Shown: one piece after another, positions 21,311 to 32,236 of the stretch
Layout: the number at the start of each line of letters is the position of its first letter
How positions within the stretch are numbered: the stretch's first letter is position 1
Virus record (IMG/VR): IMGVR_UViG_3300030114_000522
Length of the DNA stretch: 64,000 bases
Direction: 5' to 3' (one strand)
DNA from: a virus
The notes under the pieces: generated by a model
What the model was told of the DNA's origin: nothing
Databases searched by the model: none
Seen by the model: only the letters and a program-made list of their open reading frames with translations
Made by a program: the position numbers and the translations under genes

Positions 21311-21339
21311 ATTATATAATAGATATAAAAGGAGGTCAA
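21311..21339 (-). promoter_or_regulatory. Antisense sigmaA promoter
   Basis: TTGACC-17-TATAAT on the minus strand, overlapping the RBS of the second peptide. Confidence 0.7.
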
Positions 21340-21342
21340 GAG

Positions 21343-21429
21343 ATGAAAAATGCAACAGTGCGTCTAATAGGTACAATAACAAGTATAATAACGCTAATAG
21401 GACTAGTATTAATACTAATATTTAAATAG
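21343..21429 (+). CDS. 28-aa single-TM peptide
   Basis: MKNATVRLIGTITSIITLIGLVLILIFK after AAGGAGG RBS. Confidence 0.6.
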   Translation: MKNATVRLIGTITSIITLIGLVLILIFK

Positions 21430-21463
21430 ATATAAATTTATTCATAAATCAAATAATCCCAAA

Positions 21464-22015
21464 TTGAAAGGAAGTAATAAAATGAAAAACATAAAATCAA
21501 TATTAAAATCAATAATCCTAACTGGAACAATTACAATATTAATATCAATTCCAGTATTAGCAGATTCTAACGACCCAAATATATTAAATCATTATACTAA
21601 TTTTAAAGGTGACGTGGTAACAGTATATAAAGATAATACAACTTACATCAATAGTGACGTTAAAATCCAATCAATAGACAAAACTACTAATACAGTAACA
21701 ATTAACAAACAAGGTGAATTATACTCATTCTACGTAGACTCTACAGACAACTATTACTTAAACGAACAAATCAATATCACAATGAATCAAGATAACGAAA
21801 TAATAGACTCAATAGTAGAAACACAACCAATTGTATATACAACTCAAATATCCTCACTAGACAACGATATAGCGACTATAAATATAAACGGCAACAAATA
21901 CACCTTTGACAACTTAGAAGGTCAAGACGGATGGCTAACAGGGGATAAATGCAAGGTTATAATACAAGATGGAAAACTTTTAGAAGTTCGACCAATTCCA
22001 TTGAATGAGAGATAA
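21464..22015 (+). CDS. secreted hypothetical protein with internal repeat
   Basis: Signal peptide ending PVLA; two similar beta-rich units. Confidence 0.7.
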   Translation: MKGSNKMKNIKSILKSIILTGTITILISIPVLADSNDPNILNHYTNFKGDVVTVYKDNTTYINSDVKIQSIDKTTNTVTINKQGELYSFYVDSTDNYYLNEQINITMNQDNEIIDSIVETQPIVYTTQISSLDNDIATININGNKYTFDNLEGQDGWLTGDKCKVIIQDGKLLEVRPIPLNER

Positions 22016-22062
22016 ATAAATACTAGATTAAAATAATTCAAATATGAAAGGATGTTATTAAA

Positions 22063-22464
22063 ATGTTAAAAATATTAAATAGAATGGTAAAATGTAAAAT
22101 TGAGGAAAGCGACAAAACAGAAAAAGAGTTTATTAAAGATGGTTGGAAATCACTAGCAACATTTAATAGAGATAACGGATATAAAGAATTTCATCTGTCA
22201 AAAAATATTCATATAGATGAAGATAGCCATGAAGTTAAAATATATTTCAATTCAGGACATGTAGACAATATAAATTTAGAAGAATCAGAAGTTAATAAAC
22301 TAATATCAAATAAAAGCAATTATATTAATTACTGGAAAGTTGAAAAATTAGTTGATAATGATTATAAAACCATATTTGAAGAATTAGCACCTAAAGAGTG
22401 GAAAGATATAGGTTGGGATTTAGCTATGAAAAACGTAGGTAAACAAGTTCTAACATTTAGTTAA
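22063..22464 (+). CDS. hypothetical protein
   Basis: RBS; downstream hairpin. Confidence 0.7.
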   Translation: MLKILNRMVKCKIEESDKTEKEFIKDGWKSLATFNRDNGYKEFHLSKNIHIDEDSHEVKIYFNSGHVDNINLEESEVNKLISNKSNYINYWKVEKLVDNDYKTIFEELAPKEWKDIGWDLAMKNVGKQVLTFS

Positions 22465-22713
22465 TATAGATGCAAATAGACTAGCTTAAGAAATGATTGA
22501 ATAGCTAGTCTTAAACTGTATAATAAATTAAACAATTTTGACATTAATTATAAAAGGAAGTATATTATTAATATGGAGTAATTTCATAAATGGTAACAAT
22601 AAACTTATAATGTAGTAACTAATTAAAATAATAGAAAGGTTGTGATAAGATGCTGAGGATATAAAACAAAACAACTATAAACAAAATCAAATAAGTAAAG
22701 GAATGATTTAACT

Positions 22714-22905
22714 ATGATGAACAATTATTATTGTTACAATCCAGTAAAGAAAGACTTTATCTGTAACATGGGACAAGTATACTTTGATAATGGAACACAT
22801 TATATAACTAATAAAGAATTTTGGATATTTAAGAGAGGTGATAAACTTGATAATATATTAAAGAAATGGAGAGTATTTCAAAATATGAGGTTTGATGAAA
22901 ATTAA
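22714..22905 (+). CDS. small hypothetical protein
   Basis: RBS; precedes the initiator-like gene. Confidence 0.65.
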   Translation: MMNNYYCYNPVKKDFICNMGQVYFDNGTHYITNKEFWIFKRGDKLDNILKKWRVFQNMRFDEN

Positions 22906-22936
22906 TAATATACAATAAGAGAGGATATAATAATAT

Positions 22937-23848
22937 ATGGAAATAAGAGATAATGACACGTTTATAATGATTGACAATAAATACATAAGAAATAATGAGG
23001 ACATACTGACAAGTGAACAACTAACAATATTAGTTTTAATAACTATGAATTTAAGTTGTAAAGGTGCCTATATATTTTCTATTACGTGGTTACTTGATAT
23101 ATTAAATTATTCAAGAAGCAATGACAGAAAGATAAAAGATATTAAAGAAATACTGCAACAATTTATTAATGATAACATAATGATTTTTTATACCAATATA
23201 TTGACCGATGATAACATTCTAACAGATATATTAAATATAGATAAAAATGATTTATTATATTGCTATATAGAAGATGCAACAAACTTTACTTTAATATATG
23301 ATAGAGAAATTATAGAACTAACAGACATAGCAAATAAACATAAATTAAATACATATTCATTGATTCACTTAATAATATACATATATTCATTTATAGACAA
23401 TAATGAACAAGATGAAGACTATAAGCTATGTTATCCATCATATAGCAAGATTAACGAAGATATAGAACTGAGTGAATCTACAATTACAAAGTATCTTGAT
23501 ATATTACAACAATATAAAATAATAGCATGTGACTATGCAGGATTTAAAGAAACTACAAAAGGACAAATTAAGAATAGTAAAATGTTTTATTGTAGATATC
23601 AGGACAAAGAATTATTAATCACTAGGATAAATAACTATAGAGCAAAAGAAGGATTTATAAAACAAAACAAACTAAGTAAAAATAAATCTAATCTTAAAAG
23701 AAGTCTAAAGCAAATAATAAATAATCTAAAGGAAAAAGAAAATAAGAACTTAATTACAACTATAGAAAAGGAAAGACTAAAACTATTGCAAGAAGAATAT
23801 AAAAATATAGAACAACAAAAAGAAGAAAAAGAAAAACCAAATCAATAG
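22937..23848 (+). CDS. HTH-containing replication-initiator-like protein (paralog of 6919..7914)
   Basis: CYPSYSKINEDIELSESTITKYLDILQQYKII wHTH motif. Confidence 0.55.
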   Translation: MEIRDNDTFIMIDNKYIRNNEDILTSEQLTILVLITMNLSCKGAYIFSITWLLDILNYSRSNDRKIKDIKEILQQFINDNIMIFYTNILTDDNILTDILNIDKNDLLYCYIEDATNFTLIYDREIIELTDIANKHKLNTYSLIHLIIYIYSFIDNNEQDEDYKLCYPSYSKINEDIELSESTITKYLDILQQYKIIACDYAGFKETTKGQIKNSKMFYCRYQDKELLITRINNYRAKEGFIKQNKLSKNKSNLKRSLKQIINNLKEKENKNLITTIEKERLKLLQEEYKNIEQQKEEKEKPNQ

Positions 23849-23985
23849 CTTGCTATTATAGATTCTATACTTGATATTAGTTTCTTTAGATTTAAATTTA
23901 TATTATTTATTAGTATATATTGATATTGGTTCTCTATTGATACACTTCAATGTTAATCAATATATGCTCACTAGGGTTTTGCCAG

Positions 23986-24100
23986 TGTATGTGGTCAAGA
24001 CAAAAAATATAAATTCTTGTATGTGGTGAACACTGTTTTTTTGAAAAAGTAGTCTTGGACACATACAAGAAAATAGAAAAAAGTGGTTGGACACATACAA
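23986..24100. repeat. Four 13-bp iteron-like repeats, two direct and two inverted
   Basis: TGTATGTGGT(C/G)AA at 23986 and 24018; TTGGACACATACAA at 24055 and 24087; 32-bp spacing within each pair. Confidence 0.75.
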
Positions 24101-24159
24101 ATGAATTTAGAGTTGAAATAGGTAGCAAATTAAAGCATAAGAGAGGAAGAGAAAGATAA

Positions 24160-25773
24160 ATGAAGTTAAGAGAGTACCAAAAAGAAAGTATTAGTAAAAT
24201 AAAAGGCTTGAAAATGGGAGAAAAGGGAATAATATCCTTACCGACAGGAACAGGAAAAACAATTGTGATGAGTGGACTTGCTAAAGAGGAAATAACAGAA
24301 AGAATATTGATAGTAGTTATGAGTACAGAACTAAGAGAACAAACCATTGATAAGCTAAAATTTGTATGCGGTGATAATGTCGATGTAGGAAGTGTACAAG
24401 GTAAGTTGAATGAATGTGACAATAATATAATAGTAGCAACTAGACAAAGTTTAACACACGTAAAGAGTAATAGATTAAAGGAGATAACTAACAACGGTGA
24501 TTTTAAATATATTATATTTGATGAATGTCATGTTGCGGTTGAACAAATAAAGAAAATTACTGATATAATTGGTAAAAATTCAATTGTTATTGGAGTTACT
24601 GCAACACCTTTTAATCCTAAGATGGTTGAAGTATTTGATAAGATAATATATGAAATGACTTTATTAGAAGCTATTAAAAGTAATTATTTAGTAGAACCAA
24701 AAGCAAGAAAAGTATATACAAATACAGATATATCAAATGTCAAAACTATTGGAGGAGAATTTATTCAAAAGCACCTAGAAGAAGCTATCAATAATGATGA
24801 TAGAAATAATATAATTGTAAAATCTTATTTAGATTATGCAACAGATAGAAATCACACTATAATATTTGCAAGTGGAATTGACCACGCTAATGCGATAACT
24901 AAATGTTTTCAGGATAATGGTATAGATGCAAGGTCAATTGATAGCACACTTGACTCTATACAAAGAAAGAATACATTAGAAGATTTTAAAAACGGTAAGT
25001 TTAAAGTATTAGTAAATATTAGTATATTAACAACTGGCTTTGATTTTCCTGCTTTAGATTGCGTTATAATGGCACGTAGTACTAAATCAAGGATATTATA
25101 TATGCAATGTTTAGGAAGGGTTTTAAGGCTATCAGAAGGAAAAGAGAACGCACTTATAATAGATATAGATGATATAGTAAATAAGTTTTCATTGATTAAT
25201 ATTGATAGTATATTTAATATAACTTTTCACGATGACGAAACATTAACAGAAGCTGAGGAACGAATTAAAATAGCAGATAAAGAAGAAAAAGAACGTTTAA
25301 TACTAGAACAGGAAGAAAGAGAAAGACAAAAATTAGAACAATTAAAACTTGAATCAGAAGAAATAGACTTATTCAATTCTAATATTAAGAATGTTTATGA
25401 ATATTCTAGCCTTGATTGGTTTGAATGGTATTATAATAAAAACATATATTATATATTAAGTTTGAATGATAAAATTGATATTATATTAACTAAGATTGAT
25501 GATGAATTTATTTCTTATAGGTATGAAAATAAACTATTAGAAGAATATGAAAGAAATGAGAATTTAAAAGAACTGGTTGATAATATTGATAATATGGCAT
25601 ATACATATGGAAGTAGCTTTATAGACAAGAATGCCAAATGGAAGAAAGACAAGCCAACTGATAAGCAAATAGCGTGTATTAAAGGTAACTGGAAAGTATA
25701 TACAAAGTTTGATTGTCATAAATATTTTAAAAGCAGAGCTTTATTTTTTACATTTAAGGATATGAATAATTAA
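24160..25773 (+). CDS. SF2 DEAD/DEAH-box helicase (ResIII/IRC3-like)
   Basis: LREYQ, PTGTGKT, DECH, TATP, TTGFD, QCLGRVLR. Confidence 0.92.
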   Translation: MKLREYQKESISKIKGLKMGEKGIISLPTGTGKTIVMSGLAKEEITERILIVVMSTELREQTIDKLKFVCGDNVDVGSVQGKLNECDNNIIVATRQSLTHVKSNRLKEITNNGDFKYIIFDECHVAVEQIKKITDIIGKNSIVIGVTATPFNPKMVEVFDKIIYEMTLLEAIKSNYLVEPKARKVYTNTDISNVKTIGGEFIQKHLEEAINNDDRNNIIVKSYLDYATDRNHTIIFASGIDHANAITKCFQDNGIDARSIDSTLDSIQRKNTLEDFKNGKFKVLVNISILTTGFDFPALDCVIMARSTKSRILYMQCLGRVLRLSEGKENALIIDIDDIVNKFSLINIDSIFNITFHDDETLTEAEERIKIADKEEKERLILEQEERERQKLEQLKLESEEIDLFNSNIKNVYEYSSLDWFEWYYNKNIYYILSLNDKIDIILTKIDDEFISYRYENKLLEEYERNENLKELVDNIDNMAYTYGSSFIDKNAKWKKDKPTDKQIACIKGNWKVYTKFDCHKYFKSRALFFTFKDMNN

Positions 25774-25853
25774 ATAAGTTTAAAGGATATATTAATTTAT
25801 ATCCTTTTCTTTTTATACAGTTTTAATTATAGTCAACTTTTATCCACACAACG

Positions 25854-26009
25854 AAAAAGAGACTGCCTAGGCTATTCCTAAGTAATCTCTAACTTCATTT
25901 CTGATACTCTATCATAAGAGCTATCCTAGTTCGTCTATTTCTATTTAAAGCTTTATAAGTCCTAATTTAAGTTGCTTTGTCTTAGGTTGTTATGTTGTGT
26001 TCTTTTGTT
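25854..26009 (-). ncRNA. Putative ~155-nt small RNA
   Basis: Extended -10 at 26016-26024 and intrinsic terminator at 25854-25890, with no substantial ORF between. Confidence 0.45.
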
Positions 26010-26115
26010 AATCTAAATATACCATCATATCAATTATTATTAAAACGTCAAAAATAACTAAATAACGTATTAAACTAATAGTTGTCTTTAATTATCTCTA
26101 GTTTACTCTGTTTTT
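26010..26115 (-). promoter_or_regulatory. Conserved atypical promoter element, copy A
   Basis: GAGTAAA block, inverted operator, TTGACG-24-TATATT. Confidence 0.65.
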
Positions 26116-26306
26116 CGTAGTATTTCACTTTATTTATATTTTAATATGTTACTAGATTTATTAATTATCTGCAAAGGATTGTTATTTAAATTACAATAAG
26201 GTACATAAAATTAAACTATATAACTAATTAAAATAATACTTGCAATTATCTAAAACTTCTATATAATAAGTATTATAGTAATTAAATAAATAATAAATTT
26301 ATAGGA

Positions 26307-26984
26307 GTGATAATAATGAATATATTAACAAAGGAATCTTTACAAACTCAATTTTTTACATATGAAGGAATAATGGAATATAATAACTTTAGAATAATTG
26401 CAGGATATGAAGATAGAATCAATTATGAAGGTAAGGAAGTCCATCAAGCAATGCATGCAATAATATACAATACAACAACTAAAGAGATAATATATAATAG
26501 TGGTAATAATTTGTTTTTAGAAAATGGTTTTTTACTTGTATATGCAGATACATTATTGAAATTAGTAGAAAAATATATAAATGATAGCTGGAACTTAAAC
26601 AAGTTATTAGATTCATTCTTTTATGATTTTAGTTTTTTTAAATTTGATAGAATTAAAAAGCAATTTGAAAATGAAGAAATAGAAGCTAAAAAACAAATAG
26701 AACAAACTGCAATTGAAAATGAAAATACAGAACTTGAAAATGAATTAAAAGGTATATGCATCAACAATGAATTAAAATTAATCAAAAGTTTTACACGAAT
26801 GTATATAGTAAAGTTTAAAGACAAGAGATGTAATAAAACAATAAGTACTACAGATACATTAATCAAAATAATAAATGATGAAAGTTATAAAAATGAATAT
26901 AAGATTATATATAGTAATAATAATACATGTGATTGTAAAGATTATAATATAGCACTAAAAGAAGCAATAAAAATATGTAGCTAA
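26307..26984 (+). CDS. hypothetical early protein
   Basis: Own promoter, RBS and terminator. Confidence 0.75.
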   Translation: MIIMNILTKESLQTQFFTYEGIMEYNNFRIIAGYEDRINYEGKEVHQAMHAIIYNTTTKEIIYNSGNNLFLENGFLLVYADTLLKLVEKYINDSWNLNKLLDSFFYDFSFFKFDRIKKQFENEEIEAKKQIEQTAIENENTELENELKGICINNELKLIKSFTRMYIVKFKDKRCNKTISTTDTLIKIINDESYKNEYKIIYSNNNTCDCKDYNIALKEAIKICS

Positions 26985-27138
26985 ATATCCATTTAAGAGT
27001 TGTTAATAAATAGCAACTCTTATAAACTTAATAACTAATTAAAATAAATATCAAAAATCTATTGCAATATAAAAACCATAGGAGTAATATAGACTTAACA
27101 ACAAATTACATATAAATTATTTAAGGAGATGTTAAAAA

Positions 27139-27396
27139 ATGTATAACTTTAAATATGGCAGAAAAATGAGACAAAAGTTATTTATAATGGCAACTAAAGG
27201 CAAAATAGAAATATGTATAGAACTAAATGTAATAGAAGAAACAAGCAAAATAAACTGGATTGTAAACAGAACAAACGGTAACGACAACTTTATAAATACT
27301 CTAGGAACTAAACAAGATGCAGAATTAATACAACAAGCTGAGGAATTTGCAAAGGGATTAAAACAATATACAGAGATAATTGAAAAGTATAACTAG
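27139..27396 (+). CDS. hypothetical early protein
   Basis: Own promoter, RBS and terminator. Confidence 0.7.
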   Translation: MYNFKYGRKMRQKLFIMATKGKIEICIELNVIEETSKINWIVNRTNGNDNFINTLGTKQDAELIQQAEEFAKGLKQYTEIIEKYN

Positions 27397-27424
27397 GAAT
27401 TATAGTAATTATAGTTCCTTTTCT
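27395..27424 (+). terminator. Intrinsic terminator of the AGGAAY...AGTTCCT family
   Basis: Stem plus U-tract overlapping the stop codon; relatives at 29537, 30506, 31184, 35358. Confidence 0.75.
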
Positions 27425-27873
27425 TATGTCATTAAATAACGCTCACATAACAAAAAAAACAAACACATTGATAACTAACACTACAATAAACTTAAACACG
27501 CTTAAAACGTCTAATAACGTGATTGTAAAGTAATATAGTATGAGTAATAAACTTTTTATAATCTATAATTAGTAACAGATATCTAAATCAATATAAACTA
27601 AACAATTATATAATATTTATACATTTTAAATTAATAATATACATTTATTATTATCAATTAATAAAAATATACTGTTTAAAACAAGTAAATAACTTATTCA
27701 TATTATCAAGTGAGACAGTCCTAACTTGGAAAATATTCATTTTTTATGCAATATACAATAAATTTAAATAAACTAAGAAGTATATTAAAATATAACTTGA
27801 ACTATATAAAGTATAGATGTATAATACAGAAAAGGTAGTAAATACATAAAGTTATCAAATTTATTATATAGGA

Positions 27874-28584
27874 GTGATTAGAATGCAATGTGCAAAATGT
27901 GGAAGAGAAGTTAAATATCTATTTTATTTTGAGGGTATCGGATATGGTTCAGAATGTTTTAAAACTGTAACAGGAATGACAGTAGAAGAACATGAAAGTA
28001 ATCAAAGAATCAAAAAGGAAAAACAAACTAAAGAAGAATTTATATTAAATAATCCAATTATATATGTTTGCATAGATAAAGATTCTTATAATAAAAAAGA
28101 TAGTTTAAAAGCTAACAAATTTCAATATCATTATAAATGGTGGATAGGATTTAATATAGAAGGATTAGAGGAATTAGAATTTTTACAATTTAGTACAGAA
28201 GAATATTTTCAAGGTTGGGGATATTGTTATAGTTCAAAAACTGCTTATGAGTTTTTAGCATCTTATGAAGAAGATGAAAAAAGTTTATATAGAGAAATAG
28301 AAACAGAATTAAAAAAGAAAGATACTAGCAACTGGATAGGACAAGAAAAAGAAAAGGTACAATTAAAAGTTACACTTAATAAAATAACAGGATATAGCAA
28401 CGATTTTGGATGGACTAATATATACATCTTTAAAGATGAAAATGATAATACATTAACTTGGAAAACTGCAAAAGATATGGAATGGGAAGAAGGACAAGAA
28501 ATAGAAATAAAAGCAACAGTAAAAGCACATGAAGAATATGATTGTAAAAAACAAACTAGCATATTAAGAGTAAAAGAAGTTTAA
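27874..28584 (+). CDS. Zn-ribbon plus C-terminal OB-fold-like phage protein
   Basis: CAKCGR...GSECF N-terminus; KATVKAHEEY...QTSILR C-terminus. Confidence 0.6.
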   Translation: MIRMQCAKCGREVKYLFYFEGIGYGSECFKTVTGMTVEEHESNQRIKKEKQTKEEFILNNPIIYVCIDKDSYNKKDSLKANKFQYHYKWWIGFNIEGLEELEFLQFSTEEYFQGWGYCYSSKTAYEFLASYEEDEKSLYREIETELKKKDTSNWIGQEKEKVQLKVTLNKITGYSNDFGWTNIYIFKDENDNTLTWKTAKDMEWEEGQEIEIKATVKAHEEYDCKKQTSILRVKEV

Positions 28585-28656
28585 CAATTAAAGGTGGTAA
28601 TCAATCCACCTTTTTAAAATAGATGGTATAATAATATAAAAAATGAGGGGGTATAA

Positions 28657-29178
28657 ATGGAAATAGATTTAATTAGAATAAATTTACCTAGGAATTTAAA
28701 ATCTATGTACTCTGATGGAGCTAAAGAAAAAGATAAGGAATTATTACAGGAATACATAGATGCGTTAACAGATGAAGAGATAATAATATTTAATGAGATT
28801 AAGAATGATTTAAAATATAGCAGAATTAAGAATAACATAACTCATAATTCAATACAATTAATGCTAAAAGTATATGATAATACTAGTATAAAAACTTTTC
28901 CATATATTAATAAAATAGCTTGTAAAAATTGGTCAATCGGAGATGGTACTTTTGCTTTTTCTCTTTACTTATTAGATAAAAGTGAACTTAGAGATAGAAT
29001 ATATAGTAGTTTTAGAGTTAAGGATTGTTTATTAAAAAAATATAGTTTTGATGTACAAGAGGTATTTAGTTCAATAAATGATATAGAAATATTTTTAAAA
29101 AGAAAGTATTTAATATACATTACTACAATACGTCCACAATCAATTCTAAAGCACTTTAATAATATAAACGACAACTAA
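28657..29178 (+). CDS. hypothetical protein
   Basis: GAGGGG RBS. Confidence 0.65.
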   Translation: MEIDLIRINLPRNLKSMYSDGAKEKDKELLQEYIDALTDEEIIIFNEIKNDLKYSRIKNNITHNSIQLMLKVYDNTSIKTFPYINKIACKNWSIGDGTFAFSLYLLDKSELRDRIYSSFRVKDCLLKKYSFDVQEVFSSINDIEIFLKRKYLIYITTIRPQSILKHFNNINDN

Positions 29179-29316
29179 TACTACTAAACAATTACAACCT
29201 TTAAAACGTCTAAAATTAAATTAGATAATATGTTAAAGAAACTATTGACATATATAAAACATAAGAGTAATATAATAATTAACAGATACATAAATATTTA
29301 AATTATTAAAAGGGAG

Positions 29317-29538
29317 TTGGAATTTATGAAAATTGAAGAATTAAAAATGAATAAAACAGAATTAAATGATACTTTGGAAGGTGTAATTGATAACTTAAGT
29401 GAGGATAATATAAGAGATTGGTTAAAATGGATGATTAACACACAAAGTAAAGGAACAAAAGAAACTATGTTGAAATATTGGAATAATACAGAAGAATTAA
29501 AAAGAGGTTTAGAATATAGTGGAATTATAGAAAGTTAG
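29317..29538 (+). CDS. hypothetical protein, paralog of the 30592..30963 N-terminus
   Basis: Shared IDNL...D.LKWM.NTQS..TKE.MLKY motif. Confidence 0.7.
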   Translation: MEFMKIEELKMNKTELNDTLEGVIDNLSEDNIRDWLKWMINTQSKGTKETMLKYWNNTEELKRGLEYSGIIES

Positions 29539-29740
29539 GAACTACAAAAAATAGTTCCTTTTCTTTTTAATATAATTATATATAGTATTTAATACCGTAT
29601 TAAAGAGTAGATAAAACTGTAATTTTATACGCTTTAAAAGTAAATTAAGAAATATATTAAATTACTAATATAAATGTATTGACTTGTAATGTCATAGTGG
29701 TATACTAATATTAATAAAAGAATTATATTATATAAAAGGG

Positions 29741-30106
29741 GTGCTGAATATGAAAAATGAATGGACTTTAGTGACTAAAGAAGCTTTTCAAGAATTTAAC
29801 AAAAAGAACTTTTTAGCAATAGTTAATCATAGAAAAGATTTTAAATTTTATGGAAATGCAAGTCATATAGCTTTATCAAAAATGAATATTAAAACTAAAG
29901 AATATTATATAATTAGTAGTAGAATAGAAACTCCAATAAAAGAAGAAAGATTCTTTTATGAAATAGAAGTAGAAAATTTAAAAAATGGTAATATATTTTT
30001 AACTAAAGATGATGCTTATGGAATTAATGAAATAGAAGCATATAAAGTAATGTGTGAAGAAAACTTAAAACTAGATTTTGAAGTATTAAATGCAAAAGTA
30101 ATTTAA
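29741..30106 (+). CDS. hypothetical early protein
   Basis: Promoter, RBS and terminator. Confidence 0.7.
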   Translation: MLNMKNEWTLVTKEAFQEFNKKNFLAIVNHRKDFKFYGNASHIALSKMNIKTKEYYIISSRIETPIKEERFFYEIEVENLKNGNIFLTKDDAYGINEIEAYKVMCEENLKLDFEVLNAKVI

Positions 30107-30184
30107 GGATATATTAAAAGTATATTCTTTTTCTATATTAATTAAATAACATATTAAATCACAAATAAAACGTAATACTAAGAT

Positions 30185-30282
30185 AAACAGAGTAAAACGG
30201 AGTATATTAAAGATAACTATTACTTTAATTGATTATATAGTTAAATTTGCCTGTTTTAAAGTTGTTAGTAGTTTGATATACT
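30185..30282 (+). promoter_or_regulatory. Conserved atypical promoter element, copy B
   Basis: Same upstream block; TTGCCT-24-TATACT. Confidence 0.65.
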
Positions 30283-30345
30283 AAATACATAGAAGAGATA
30301 CATAAAAGCAAAATAAATTAAAAGAAATAAAGGAGTATGATAATT

Positions 30346-30507
30346 ATGAAAATTATAAAAGTTGAAAAGAAAAATGATGATGAATATTTAGTAAGATTTG
30401 AAGGTGGAAATGTAGCCTTTTGGGGAAAAGATTTTATGAAAGATAAAATGAGAAAAGAAGAAGATACAAACAATTGGATAGAAATGTTTAATGCATTCAA
30501 TAGTTAA
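30346..30507 (+). CDS. small hypothetical protein (below ORF cutoff)
   Basis: AAGGAG RBS, 53 aa, followed by terminator. Confidence 0.6.
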   Translation: MKIIKVEKKNDDEYLVRFEGGNVAFWGKDFMKDKMRKEEDTNNWIEMFNAFNS

Positions 30508-30591
30508 GGAATTGTAGAAAACAGTTCCTTTCCTTTAAACTTTCAATAAAATCTTTAATTTATCACAATTTAAAAACATATTAAAAGGAGT

Positions 30592-30963
30592 ATGATAATT
30601 ATGAATAAAGAATTAAACAAGATTATAGATAATTTAGACAAAGAGAGAATGCAGGACTTACTTAAATGGATGGTAAATACACAAAGTGAAGAAACTAAAG
30701 AAAACATGTTAAAATATTTCAAAAATAATGAAAAATCAGATTTAATTTTTATTAAAAACATTTTAGAAATTGATGTTGATGGACTAAAAGGAATTAATCA
30801 TTATACTATAAAAGCAATGTATAATAAAATAGATGGAGAAGGCTACGCAACGCTAGTGCATAAGTTAATTGATGAAGTTGATTATACATGGAATAATATA
30901 GAACGTGACGGAGGAATTGCACAAGTTAATAGAGATTTTAAAGAAACTTATGGATTGGAATAA
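30592..30963 (+). CDS. hypothetical protein, paralog of 29317..29538
   Basis: Shared motif; RBS. Confidence 0.7.
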   Translation: MIIMNKELNKIIDNLDKERMQDLLKWMVNTQSEETKENMLKYFKNNEKSDLIFIKNILEIDVDGLKGINHYTIKAMYNKIDGEGYATLVHKLIDEVDYTWNNIERDGGIAQVNRDFKETYGLE

Positions 30964-30983
30964 ATTAGAAAGGAATTGATATT

Positions 30984-31166
30984 ATGAATATAAGACAAAA
31001 ATTACTTTACAGTTTTGCGAAATGGGATTATAGATATAATAAAAAGTACTTTAATACTAAAAAGACTTTTAAACGTAGCTATTTGTTTACAAAATTGAAT
31101 TATATACATATTAGTGATGAAGAAATAAAAAGTATATTAGAATGTAGAAGAGAAAAATGTTTATAA
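30984..31166 (+). CDS. hypothetical protein
   Basis: RBS; terminator. Confidence 0.6.
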   Translation: MNIRQKLLYSFAKWDYRYNKKYFNTKKTFKRSYLFTKLNYIHISDEEIKSILECRREKCL

Positions 31167-31417
31167 ATATTATTAAACCACATAAGGAGCTTGAAAGAGT
31201 TCCTTTTTAACGTCCATAATCAAAAACCTAGAATAACACTCTAAATCATTTAAAACCTCATACAAGCCATAAGAACGGTATTACATGTTATAATGTAACC
31301 ATCTAATAAAACTATATATAATAAAGTACCTTAACTAGTATACAACAGGGATAAACCCACATCAGAATAACAATATAAAATAAACTATAAAACATATTAA
31401 AATAACAATAAACTAAG

Positions 31418-31517
31418 AAAAGCGGAGCAAATGGAAGGTATTTTAAGCTAGTATTATTATAATATGTTATTATAGCGTTATTTGGTTGTTTTCTAATGTT
31501 GGTATTGATGGTATATT
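31418..31517 (+). promoter_or_regulatory. Conserved atypical promoter element, copy C
   Basis: Same upstream block; TTGGTT-24-TATATT. Confidence 0.6.
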
Positions 31518-31572
31518 TAATACATGGAAGAGATACAAACACAAATAACAAATTAAAAGGAGATGTATTAAT

Positions 31573-31770
31573 ATGACAACATATGTAAGAGATATAATAA
31601 ACGCAATGAGAGAAAACGCAACTAAAGTAATAATGGTAGCAATTAACAAATTATCTGAAATGGATATCGAATTACTAAAAGAATGTGAAAAGTTATATAA
31701 TGCAACAATCAAATATGCAACAGAATACGATTTATTTACAACTGATAATAATGCAGTAGTAATTGCTTAA
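31573..31770 (+). CDS. hypothetical protein
   Basis: RBS. Confidence 0.65.
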   Translation: MTTYVRDIINAMRENATKVIMVAINKLSEMDIELLKECEKLYNATIKYATEYDLFTTDNNAVVIA

Positions 31771-31825
31771 ATATATAATGAATTAGAATAATAGTAAAAA
31801 TATAAATTAAAAGGGGATATGTAAA

Positions 31826-32152
31826 ATGTTAGAAAAATTATTAATGGAAACTTTAAATATTAAAACTAGAAAAGAAATAAACTCAGATAGAATAAGACCA
31901 CTAGACTTAAATTCAGAATGTGACTTAGCTTATATAAGATGTCAATTTAAAAGATTTATAGCTAGAAATAAAACAGTAAATACAATTAAAGCATATTACA
32001 CTTGGGATAATGCTTATACTATTACTAGAGAGTCATTCGTAAAAGGTTGGGAAGGGTTAGAAGGAAGAGAAAATATAATTAAATCTCTAAGAACTGCAAT
32101 AATGGAATCTAAATCAGAAGGAACACCAGTATTTTCAATTAAAATTAGCTAA
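31826..32152 (+). CDS. hypothetical protein
   Basis: RBS. Confidence 0.7.
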   Translation: MLEKLLMETLNIKTRKEINSDRIRPLDLNSECDLAYIRCQFKRFIARNKTVNTIKAYYTWDNAYTITRESFVKGWEGLEGRENIIKSLRTAIMESKSEGTPVFSIKIS

Positions 32153-32236
32153 TATGTAGGCTTGTGAGTGTTATTTCCAGCACTCAAATACAAATATATT
32201 AAGTTAAAAATAAAAGGCTTAAATAAGCCATAAGGA

